64,000 nucleotides of DNA from Strigamia acuminata (Eukaryota), in the NCBI GenBank assembly GCA_949358305.1, contig OX442314.1, positions 30,318,001-30,382,000 of the forward strand, read 5' to 3'. The position numbers and the translations under genes were made by a program. Positions 29,867 through 42,200 of this stretch are shown here, in pieces (positions within the stretch are counted from its first letter, which is position 1; each line of letters starts with the position of its first letter). Below the pieces are notes generated by a model. It was not told the DNA's origin. It did no database searches and worked only from the letters and a program-made list of their open reading frames with translations.

Positions 29867-32033
29867 TCACAACGCACTTTGAGCACTCAAGGAATGTCCA
29901 CCGCCCACCACCGACTGAAATCCAGAACTCCCCTGCCCGGACAGGTACATGTAGTAATTATAGTTTTGCTCACCAACACTCGACTGGCCGCTGCAATGCG
30001 TAGCCGGCCTGAAACCCATCGAGAGTATGTCGGGCCAACTCCTCGCCGGGCCCTGCGCGCCCTGCGCCGGCGCAACGGACGTTTGATGCGGGTAGGGATA
30101 GAGCACTTGGTGGTGATGGTGGTGATGGTGCGGCGCAAACAGATGCGCGGCGGCGCCCTGCGACTTGTTTTCGGCGTGGTGGTGGTGCAGGAGGACGCCG
30201 ATCTTGTTGCGGAGGATCCTCGAGATGGAACTGACCGAGGGCACGTTGTATTTGTCGCAAACGCCGTCCGAGAGGAGTCTGTCGCGGATTTCCCAGGCGA
30301 AGATGCCGGGGTCCTTTTGTTTGAGCTCCTTGATGTAGGAGACGACTTTGGGGGTCGTGACGCGCGGTTTGGAGCCGCCGATGGCGCCGGGAAGGATGGA
30401 GCCGGTCTCGTGGTAGCGGGCGAGGATTTTGGACACGCAGCCGTGGGAGACGCGGAGTTGGCGGGAGATGTCGCACGGGCGGATGCCGAGTTGGGCGAGT
30501 TCGACGATGCGGAGGCGGATGGCGTTGGGCAGCGGGCGGCCGTTGACGAAGACGCCGCCGAGTTGGTTGACTTCGCCGTACGATTGGATTTGTGTTGATT
30601 CTGGATTGAGAGGAAGAAAGTGAAGTTTTTTTTAGTTTTTGGTTTTTTTTTTGGTGGATTTTGGTTGGGGATTTGAAAATTTTGGGTGGGTTTGGGTGGA
30701 AGTGGGAAAAAGTCTTTTTGGGGATTTTTTTTAATTAAATATGGAAGATTTTTGGGGGAAATTTATTGAAAAATTAAAAATTGTTTGGAAATTTTATTCG
30801 AATGGTTAAAAATGTTTGGGAATTTTTATTTGAAAAATGGATAAAAGTTTTAAAATTTCTTTCGTCAACTGATAATTTTCGTAAAATTTTCTTGAAAAGT
30901 TGATAAATTGTGCGAGATTTGAAAAAAATTTCAAAAAAATCGTCCAAAGGTGGTCAATTTATAGGAAAAGTTATCCTAAAGTGGAAAGTTTATAGGAAAA
31001 ATGATCCAAAAGTGGACAATTTATAGCAAAATCATCCAAAAATGGACAATTTGGAGGAAAAATCCTCCTAAAGTGGACAATTTGGAGGAAAAATCATTCA
31101 TAAATAGACAATTTATAGGAAAAATTATCCAAAAATGGACAATTTTTAGCAAAAATCATCCAAAAAATGGACAATTTATAGGAAAAATTATCCAAAAATG
31201 GACAATTTTTAGCAAAAATCATCCAAAAATGGACAATTTATAGCAAAAATTATCCAAAAATGGACAATTTATAGGAAAAATCATCCAAAAATGGACAATT
31301 TTGAGGAAAAATCCTCCTAAAGTGGACAATTTGTTGGTAAACTTCATTCAAACCGAAAAAATATCCTAAAATGCCCTTCAAAAACTGAGAAAATGAGATG
31401 TTAGTTCTCTTAAATAAAATTCCCAACAAACACAAACAAAAAAATTAATTTTTTACCCAATCATTCCAACTTATCATTTGATTCCACACGACCATTCCTC
31501 ACCAACAAATTCCAAACACTATACAAAACACAATCAATTCCCCTCAGAAATCACTAAAAATCCTTCACAAATCATCCATCCTCCCTCACTCCCATTCCCA
31601 CACATCGACACACAACAATTCCATACAACTATTATACAAAACTCCCATAACATCCCATAAAAACACACCACACAACTATAAAACCCCACCAAACCAACAT
31701 ATTTCCCACGAATTACAACAAAAACCCAAACAAAATTCTCCACCCAAAATTAACCCTAAATCCCAAACCCAAACCAAGCAAAACCCAAACCAAAATTCAC
31801 ATCCCACCAAACAAACTCAAAAAATCCTAAAACCCCTTAAATCCATCCACAAAAAAATCCAAAACCCTCCATAAACCCCCAAAAAACCTAAAAAACCCTG
31901 CAAAACCCTCCAAAAGCCAAAAGCCAAGCGTTTGCAATCGAGATCGGCGACGAACAGTGTTGACAATCGATTTGTAGCGGCTGCTGAAGCCCAATGAATT
32001 TCTGCCATGCTCAAATGATGAGTACTCACCCAT
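29867..32033 (-). CDS. Pax1/9: Pax1/9 (Pox meso-type) paired-domain transcription factor, 245 aa; exons 32033-32030 (ATGG) and 30600-29867
   Basis: Paired domain [77 protein letters not shown]...[21 protein letters not shown] is diagnostic of group I Pax. There is no homeodomain. The ATGG|GTGAGT donor is in phase with the CAG acceptor. Confidence 0.95.
30950..31330. repeat. ~31-32-bp minisatellite (AAAATCATCCAAAAATGGACAATTTATAGG)
   Basis: Tandem copies in the Pax1/9 intron. Confidence 0.9.
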
Positions 32034-33249
32034 ATTGACTGCGTCACGCTTGCCGATGAAGATACAGCCACAGAATGTTTAGACCGAGTTTCGCATGAGA
32101 TCTGCCTGCCCTGCCCTGTCCTGCCTCCCTTCGCGGCTCCGCCCCACCGCTGCTCCAACCCCATTGGCTCGACTCGACGACCCATTTGAGCTCCCCGGTT
32201 CCGCCTTTGCCGATTACCGACGCTTAATATCATTATTATTAACGATTTATCGCCAAACGTTTACGACCCCGTCGTAAAAATCCAATTTTCAATTCATGGG
32301 GTCGCGAGTCCAATTTTTTTATTTTTAATTTAAATTTTAAATTTTAAATTTTAAATTATTAAAAAAAAAAATAATTTTTTTTTTTTAATTTTTTGTGATT
32401 TTGGACTTTCGTGGAACCCAATTGACCACCCAAGTCAACTCCCACTGGACCGGAGTCGCTGGACATCCCCAAATGGTCAATCATTAGTCTCACTCATCAT
32501 GTGGTCAACGAGATAAGGAGGACGTGTTGTGAAAACGATCTCGGTGAAGTGACGAAATGTCAAGTGTAGTTTGGTGGCAAAAGCGAGGAAAGTGGATTCC
32601 GCTTTTGGTTAAATGGGGAAAATCATCAATCAATCTTTTTGAGCGATTTTTCGAAGAGAAAACAGGCGCTGTCATAAGCCGGGTCCGGGGTAGTTTCGGG
32701 GGGGCTTATGGCATTTTTTAAACGCGTTTGTCGGAAATTTGGGTAATTGGCTGCGAGTTGTGAAGAAAAACTGACTCATCCGATGCGACATGTCCGAGGA
32801 ATGGCTTCATTTAAATTGTTTACTAAAATAGAGATTTGGCAAGAGATATGTGCGCTGTTTTGTTCTTGGTTGTTTGTGGGATTAAATGAGGAGTTTTTGA
32901 TTATTTTGTTTGGTATTAATTGGTTGTTTTTGTTGGCCAGCTGGAGCGGGTTAGTGGATGGGCTTTTGAAAACACACCTGCGTGTAGTGTTATGGATATC
33001 GTTATCATTGTGATTCTTTGGGGCCCTTTGGGTTTGGGGATTTGGAATTTGTAGTCAAAGAGTTTAAGTGGGGTAATGTATGGAAATGAGGTTGGGAATT
33101 GGGTATTAAGTTGGTAATTTATTGGTGTGGTGTTTTTTTTTTTTTTTTTTTTTTTTTTGGTGGTGTGGAATATTTATATTTATTTTTGTGGATTATAGGG
33201 CTGGGATGTGGGGTGATGTGATTTTTGGGAGGGGGAATTGACAATTTTA

Positions 33250-34120
33250 TAAGGAAATTGGAAGTTTTATAAGAAAATTGGGAATTTTGTAAGGAAATTG
33301 GAAATTTCACAAGAAAATTAAGAAAAATCTTAAGAAAATTGAGAATTTCTTAAGAAAATTGGAAATTTCACAAGAAAATTAAGAAAAATCTTAAGAAAAT
33401 TGAGAATTTCTTAAGAAAATTGGAAATTTCACAAGAAAATTAAGAAAAATCTTAAGAAAATTGAGAATTTCTTAAGAAAATTGAGAATTCCTTAAGAAAA
33501 TTGAAAATCTTACATAACAATTGAGAATTTCTTAATAAATTCCAAAATTTTATAATAAAATCCAAAATTTCATAACAAAATTCAAAATTCATTCATACAA
33601 TCCGAAATTTTATAACAAAATTCTAAATTTCATAATAAAATCCAAAATTTCATAATAAAATCCAAAATTTCATTATAAAAATCCAAAATTTCATAACAAA
33701 GTCCAAAATTTTATAATAAAATCCAAAATTTCATAATAAAATCCAACATTTCATAATAAAATCCAAAATTTCATAATAAAATTCAAAATTTCATAACAAA
33801 ATCCGAAATTTCATAATAAAATCCAAAATTTTATAACAAAATTCAAAATTGATTCATACAATCCAAAATTTCATAACAAAATTCAAAATTTATTCACACA
33901 ATTCAAAATTCATTCACACAATCCAAACTTTCATAACAAAATTCATTCACACAACCCAAAATTTCATAACAAAATTCAAAATTCATTCGCACAACTCAAA
34001 ATTCCATAACAAAATTCAAAATTCATTCGCACAACCCAAAATTTCATAACAAAATTCAAAATTCATTCACACAAATCCAAAATTTCATAAGAAAAATCCA
34101 AATTCCATAACAAAATTTCA
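33250..34120. repeat. Compound A-tract minisatellite block (~20-21-bp units)
   Basis: AAGAAAATTGAGAATTTCTT and AAAATCCAAAATTTCATAAT units are tandemly repeated. Confidence 0.9.
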
Positions 34121-35669
34121 TAACATTGCTATGATACCCCAATGTCTAACGGCAAAAGCTTTTAAAACAACATTTGCATGTTTAAATTCCAAATTTAGTG
34201 TACAAATTTATTACACCTATCTAATCAATTTAATTTTTCTTTCCTCAATCACCAACATTAAAAATACCTCCTCATTAATCTTTTCATTCCTAACTACAGC
34301 ACGATACCCAAAAACAAACAAAACATATTTCTAATTACAATTCATCCTCCGATTCGATTCAAACCACCGAACGAGACAGCCACAGACTTGCGCCCCTGTT
34401 GTCAAAATAAAGCACACATGTAACAGTTAAACATTTAAACTAGTGTAGCAACAACAGTCAAGCAAGTCAACTGACAAACTGTTTCCTGTCCAAATATGTA
34501 CCCACTCACCCCGAATAAACACGAAAACGAACACACTCAATGGCCACAAAATGTCAAAATAAAAAAAATTTAATTTTACACTTTCATAATTCTTAAAAAT
34601 CTTATATTTTAAATTTTTTTTTTGAAAACCATTTTTTTCGGGACTAGTTTCGTTCCTTTCATGCTCCAATCCCCCGACACGAAATAAACAAGCCAAAAAA
34701 CGCATTTTTCCCCCGCTCCGGTATTATTCTCATTCATCGTAAACTCGAGAGGCGGAGCACGGCGATGCAAGCAGCAACAAGCCGTGAAAAACGCGTCGAT
34801 CGTCCGCATGGTTTTGCACGCATCACCGGTCAAGCACAGCAGAATGACAGAGGCGGCTTCCCGCGGCAAGACACGCGCGCTGTACAGTCGGCACTCGGCT
34901 CCTTGAGCTTGTGATGAATGAAAAGGAGTTGCGATGAGCGAAACGAGGTGGGATTTATGAGTTTTCAGCATTTTTTTTTTCCCTTCGCCTTTTACTTTTT
35001 TCCCAGCAATCGTTTCTTTTTGCACATGCATCGAATGACAACAGATGGCGTTACCACTATGGGTTAAGATAATGCTAGTTTGTTGTATCCAAACAGATGC
35101 GGATATTTTCTCGGTTGTATTACAGGAGTTTCGGTTGTAAGCAGTTGGGAAATGGGAGAAAAAGGCTAAAAATAACGCGGGAATTTTGCAATTTTTGATT
35201 TTTTTTTCCGGTTTTATTTTATTTTATTTTTTTGTTTGTGGTTTTTGGTTTTTTGGTGACGTAAGAGCGACATCTGGAGGCCGATGTGACTTGTGGAGTC
35301 GATTCGATGCAGACAGAATTAGGACTGCGATGGGTTGTGAAGATTTTCCAGTTTGTTAGGGTATAAAACATCGATTTTCTGCGGGAAATGTTTCATTTTG
35401 TTTGCGTTAATTTTTTTTTGTAATTGGTCGAGATAGTGCATGGTAAATTAAGGGGAAATTTTGTCTAAAAAGGGTTCATTTACTGAAGAAGAAAATAATA
35501 AAGAATTATCTTTTATGCGTATAAAAACACATTTTTTGTAAATAATTTTTAATATTACGCTTAAAAGTACGATGTTTTGAGCTTGAATGTACTGCAACTG
35601 CAAAAAATTGTATTTTACTGCCTAAAAATGCATCGAACTGCATAAATAATGCATTGAACTGCATAAAGA

Positions 35670-35920
35670 TAGCATTTTCTACACAGAAATTGCATTTTTC
35701 TGCACAGAAATTGCATTTTTCTGCACAGAAATTGCATTTTTCTGCACAGAAATTGCATTTTTCTGCACAGAAATTGCATTTTTCTGCACAGAAATTGCAT
35801 TTTTCTGCACAGAAATTGCATTTTTCTGCACAGAAATTGTTTTTTTCTGCACAGAAATTGCATTTTTCTGCACAGAAATTGCATTTTTCTGCACAGAAAT
35901 TGCATTTTCCTGCATAGAAA
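35670..35920. repeat. 21-bp minisatellite (GCACAGAAATTGCATTTTTCT)
   Basis: Near-perfect tandem copies. Confidence 0.95.
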
Positions 35921-36209
35921 TGCCATTTTCCTCCATAATGTCGTAATTACATTATCTTGCATAAAAAAATTGCATCATCCTGCATAAAAAAATTGCATCA
36001 TCCTGCATAAAAATTGCATTTTTTGTCATCTAAATCGCTTCTTTCTGAAAATTGCATTTCCTGACAAAAAATTTATTTTATTTGCATAAAAATTGCATTT
36101 TTTGTCACATAAATCGCTTCTTTCTGAAAATTGCAATTCCTGACAAAAAATTTATTTATTTGCATAAAAATTCATTTTCCTGCTTAAAACAGCATTTTTT
36201 TAACCATCT

Positions 36210-39200
36210 TGTGTCATCTGTATGTGTGATCCACTTATAGATTTATACTTGAAGATTTGGGGCCGAAATAGAATGCCATGTCTTTGGGCATGGCATTAGT
36301 GAGATGTTTCTTGAAAGAGATTTTGAGTCAGACTGTTTATTTAATATTCGGAAAAGGTAATAACAATTTGGTTGTCAGGGTTGTGAGCCTGACAACCAAG
36401 TAATTGTTCAATATTGTGAAATCGGATACAATGGTATTTGATAATGTGTATAATCAACAATGTCGGTATGCGACACCCTTCCCCCCTATTGTTTAGGCAC
36501 ATTCTGCTTCGGGTGTCCAGGTAGTTGTTTGAGCCTCTCAGATCTGCGCAATGATGTGGTGTCAGGTGGACCGGTGGGCTGAGCTGGAGGCTGCTGGTCT
36601 TTTTGCAGTATGGCACGCAGGCGCTGTGTAAGCAAAGCCGGATCAAGCAGAACAGATGAAGTGGGCTGGACAGGTACAGGTGTGGAGACTGTCGCGACCT
36701 GCGATGATGGTCCAGACCCGCTGACCATTTGATCCGGAAATGTAGGAGCTTGACGATCGGCATCTAATATTAGTCTAACTAATGATGATGAGGGTCGAAT
36801 TGATGGAGATAAAGGTGATTCATGAGGTGAATTAGGGGGGGTGGAACTGGATGAAAGATGTAGTTCAGCAGATAAATTTCCTGAAGAGTTTCCTGCCGAG
36901 GTATGAGGTGAAGTGAAAGCAGATGAAAGTGGTGAGCTGGAAACAGATGCCTGAGTTGCAGGTAAAACAGTAGGCCGGGGTCTCGCAGCAAAATCTATCG
37001 CGGCACCACCATGGGGGGCCAAGGTATTAGATGGTAAGAGAATGGCTGGTAGGGCGCGCGTAGAGGGAGGCGCTGTGGTTGCCGGGGTTAAGGTGGAGGG
37101 GAGGCTGAGGGTTTCCCCCTGAAATTTGCGCAAATGGTTTAAATGTCGAATGATGACCTCCCCGGAGTCGGTACGAATCTCATATACCACTTCACCCCGC
37201 ACAGCAATCACTGAACCCCTAGCCCACTTGAACGAGCGCGCGAGAAAAACTCGATACCAGACAGGCGCCCCAATAGGGAGGCGCAAAGCTGAAGGCACAA
37301 CCGCCCCAGGCGACCGGAGGTGGGTCGCGACCGCCCAAGACCGAACCAACTGATGCCACACATCGGCAATTTGGCGATTAAAAAGGCGAACGGATGGAGA
37401 GACCCCGTCCAGTCTAGAAGGAGTGGCGTGTTGGGTCATCAAGATACGAGGAATGACCAAGTCCCATCTATTGGATGAGGCACGAGATAACTGCTCCTTT
37501 GTCCACCGCACAGCACGCTCGGCTTGACCATTAGACCAAGGGCTGTACGGTGGAGAAAACAAATGCTTAACATGATTGGCCCGGGTGAACTCCCCCATCT
37601 CGGCGGAGCTAAACTGGGGACCATTGTCCGTGACCAGGACCCGAGGCAACCCGTGGGTGGCAAAAAGTCGCCGTAAAACCGTAATGATGGCAGCGGATAC
37701 GGTAGTCCGCATGGCCGCAACCTCTATCCAGGCAGAAAACGCATCAACCACGACCAAAAACATAGTGCCGTGGAGAGGCCCGGCCAAATCGGCGTGAATC
37801 CTATCCCAGGGGCCGTCAGGGGCCGGCCAAGACACCAGTGGCGCGCGGGGAGACAGGGGACGCGTTTGTTGGCAGGGATGACACTGCGCCACGAATTGCT
37901 CGATATGACGAGACATGTCGGGCCACCAAACAAAAGGCCTGGCCCGGCGCTTCATCGCCACAATTCCCACATGATGGAAATGCAGGGATTGAAGCAAATC
38001 CGGGACCAGGAACAGTGGCACAATGACACGGTCGTTCACAAAAAGGAGCTGGTGCGCAAGAGACATCATTTGCCTGCGCTGCCAATAAGGTGACGGAACA
38101 GCAGCAGGACGCAAAGCGGGCCAAGAAGCGGTGACGTAAGACGCCAAAGACTGGAGAAGGGGGTCGGCCAAAGTGGCCTGAACCAAACGTTCCCTGGTAA
38201 TATATGCGGAGCCAGACGCAGACAACATTCGGATGTCGGTAGGGTAAGCGGCATCAAACTCAGCCGCCGGCACATCTGGGGCGGGCAATGGAAGACGACT
38301 CAAAGCATCCGCCTCTCTCAGCTGAGCACCGGGTCTATATATCAAGGCATAATGGTAGGTGCTTAACAACAACGCCCACCTCAAGAGCCTAGGGCTGATG
38401 ATATTTGGGATGGGTTTATCAGGTCCCAGTATGCCAAGGAGGGGCTTATGATCGGTAAATATGGAAACGAAAGTGCCAGACAAGTGGCTATGGAATTTCT
38501 TTAACCCGAACACAATAGCCGCTGCCTCCTTGTCCAACTGAGCATAATTCTGCTCAGCTGAAGACAAGGTACGCGACGCATACGCAACAGGACGCTCTGA
38601 GCCATCACTAAATTTGTGTGCAAGGACGGCTCCAAGGCCATAAGGGGATGCATCACAAATTAACAATAGTGGTTTGGTCAAATCATAGTAGGTGAGAACC
38701 TCTGGCGAAGCTAAAATGTCTTTTAGCTGTTGAAAAGCCGCCTGTTGCTTAGGGCCCCACACCCATTCCGCTTCCTTCTGCAAAAGCGCGTAGAGGGGAG
38801 CGGAGAGGTGGGCCATGCGCGGAACGTAGGAGGCATAGTATACGACCATGCCAAGAAAGGACTTGAGTGTGGTGACAGTTGTAGGTGAAGGGCAATTTAG
38901 CACAGCCTGCACCTTAGAAAGGGCAGGGGTGATGCCCTGCTGTGTCAAGAAATGGCCCAAATATTGGACACTTGTTTTCACCAATTGACACTTGTCATGC
39001 GAAACTCGCAAGCCCTTGTTGGCAAGTTTGTCGAACACTAGGACTAGAGTGTGGAGATGTAATTCCAGGGTTGGGGTCGCCACTAGTATGTCGTCTTGAT
39101 AGACGGAAACCCAGGGCACACCCCGAAAAATTCCATCCACTATGCGCTGGAAAATTCCGGAAGACGGTGCGGTGCCGAAAGGCAAGCGCGTAACCGCCAT

Positions 39201-42200
39201 AAGACCTCGATGGGTGTTGACCGCCACCAGCAACGATGAGCGGACGGTTAGTGGTATTTGTTGATAAGCCTGCCTCAAGTCTAAGAGTGTAAAATACTTT
39301 GCGTTGGCCAGCCCGGCTAACAGGTCAGCGACCAATGGCAAGGGGTAGGGATCAGGGAGAATAAATCGATTAACGGTAGCTCTATAATCCCCACACAAAC
39401 GCAAACCCCCATTGGCCTTTGTAACAACAACCAATGGGGTGGCCCACTCAGAATGCTGAATGGGCCGAAAAACCCCCTGGCTAATCAATTGGTCAATTGC
39501 CAGGTCAACCAAAGGTCGCTTGGCATGTGGGATAGGTCTCGGGCGAAAGAACAACGGGCGCGTCCCCGGCTGAACATGCAAATCAACCGGGGGGCCTGTG
39601 TAAGTCCCAATACCAGGCTGGAAAACTGCATCGTATTTTTGCATAATGTAATGCGCAATTGCATCGGGAGACTGAGGAAGGGAGGCCGACTCGACCTTCG
39701 ATAAATTAAAAATGTTGGGACCAACCTGAGGTGAAACGCTATGTATGGCGCTCGAAAGAGCAGTCAAATGAAGTGCAATTGATGATAAGCTCTCGCCATC
39801 TTGATGAATTAACGAGCTAATGCACAATGCATCGTCAAAGGCATATGCCAACCCCGGTATTAAACCAAAACGTGCGATTGAATCGCGTCCCATGACGGGT
39901 GGACCAGGGTCACGAGTAACCACTATGGGCATCCTAACTGTGGTGGCCTGGACGGTGACTGTCATCATAGCTATCCCCAGCAAAGGAATCGAAACGTGGG
40001 GGTACGCGAATAAATTAATCGCGGGAGGGTACCGCCTTACCACCTGGTTACTGTGTTGCTCGATGGAAGCCAAAGCATCTGATCCCATAACGGTGTACTC
40101 GGACCCCGTATCCAACTGAAAATAGAGAAGAATATGATTAACATGAGCCTCAACCACTATGGGTGGGAGTAGACATTTGTCACTCTTGAGGTAATATAGT
40201 GAGTAATCCGGATTTAGGCCAGGTTCGTTAGCATATACCTGATTGACATTGGCATTATTTAAAATAGGTGCGGGTGAAAAAATTGATGGCGGGACATTAG
40301 AGTTCTGACCGCTAACCACGTTGGAAAGCGGCCCAGATGACACAGGTTGGCCAATAGATGAATGCTGAAAGTCGAGGGGCCCGTCAACTGTCCACTGCTG
40401 ACCCAACATCGGCTGTGCGGCCACGTAATTCATAGGTGAGGTCAGCTGACGAAAACGAGGAGGCGGCGACGGTCGGCGACCAAAAGTCCCAGTGGCTTGG
40501 GGTGTTGTGGATTGTCCAGGGCCAAATCGTGTGGCACGGAGAAGGTTCTGCGGCGATGGCTGTCCATTTCTGCAAACAGCAGCGATGTGTCCAGTGCGGC
40601 CACACGTGCGGCACACGGCGGTCTGAAAAGGGCAGACCGATCGAGCATGTGTCTGACCGCATCCGTTACACAACGCCCTGGACCCAGAAGGCTGCATTGG
40701 ACGCATTGGTGGTCCAGCTGCTTGCGCGGGCATTCGGGAGCCGTCCTGAAACCCTTGTCGTGGGGACCTGCCACTTGATTTGGCGAATGGAAGCCTGGGC
40801 CTAGATGGTTGCTGATTCGATGAGGCGGTGGTCTGAAGCTGGAAAAGTGCTGCTTGGGGGGGGTGGTTTGCAGAAAAATGTTGCATCGGAACGGTTGCGG
40901 AAGACTTATAAATGGCGTTGCCCTGAGTGGCAGCCTGAAAACCTATGGCCATTGATGAGGCCTTGTCCAAGGTCAGGTTTTCTTCACCAAGTAGCCTCTG
41001 GCGGAGCTGCTCGACACCGACTCCCCTGATTAATTGGTCAAGGACCAGCTGCTCGATCTGATCCGTTGTCGTGGCGCCAGTCCTTTCCGCCAGGCCCCGC
41101 AATGCCGCGATGTAGTTGCTCATCGATTCATCTGGCGCACGCACGCGGGAACCCAGCAAGTGACGCTGAACCACTGGCCTCGGTGCAGGGGTGAAATGTT
41201 CCTGGAGTTTCTTGGTGATGTCGAGGAAAGTCTGGCTAGAGAGCTTGCTTGGTGCAAATAAATTGTGGGCTAGTTGGTATGTAGGTGCACCAACCACTGA
41301 GAGAAGAAAAGCACGCTTTTTTGAGGCAGGAATGTCATTGAGAGAGACCAACTGCTCAAAATGCTCTAAATAGAGTGCCCAATCCTCCGCAGTGGAGCCC
41401 ACGAAAGGCACGGGAATTCCCAATAAAGCTGGTGGAACAGAACCGGCAGGGGCCGCCGGGGGAAGAGTCATGACCACCTTGTTATCCTCGGTGGGGTCCG
41501 CCAGGATTTAAGATGATGTGATGCAAAAAATCGCCGCTGACCACTGGTGAAGACTCATTTGGAAGACGTGGGTGCAATGGGCACTAAGCCTTGGAACTGC
41601 GCATCGTCCAACCTCATCAATGACACGAGTGAAAATTAATACACAATAAATTCAAAAGTCTTATCTGCATTCTGAAGATAACCAAGAAAAAACGACGTTC
41701 ATCCGGCGTTGAGATGCCTGTGGTCCCGATTCGACGGAGCATTCGAGCAAAGCGGCGGTGGATCCAATTTCGTGCAGTGATACAATGTTCAACCGACGTT
41801 CGCGTCGGACTCACAGGCGGCGAATCGATGCTCGATCGACGTTGGCGTTGGAAGGCGATGAAACGACGTTCGACCAACGTTCGCGTTGGTAGGCGGTGAA
41901 GCGACGTTCGACCGACGTTCGCATTGAAAGGCGGTGAAGCGACGTTCGACTGACGTTCGCGAAACTGGAAAAATTAGCAGACGACGTCCCGAATGTTCGC
42001 CGTCAATGGTTTGCTTCTGCGCTCTTGGTGAATCGTGCGGAATCCACAACTGCCATGTTGATGAAAGTCTTTACACTACAGTCGAATACGCATTCCAAAA
42101 CTGATAAAAGGCATAAGTGAATTTATTTCACGATAATATGGCGCAAAAACACTTATCTTTCAGGCCAGATGAATTGTCAAAACACAAATTCGAAACGATC

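Noticed and set aside
29879..30598. 239-aa plus-strand ORF over the Pax exon
   Set aside because: Antisense shadow of a GC-rich coding exon.
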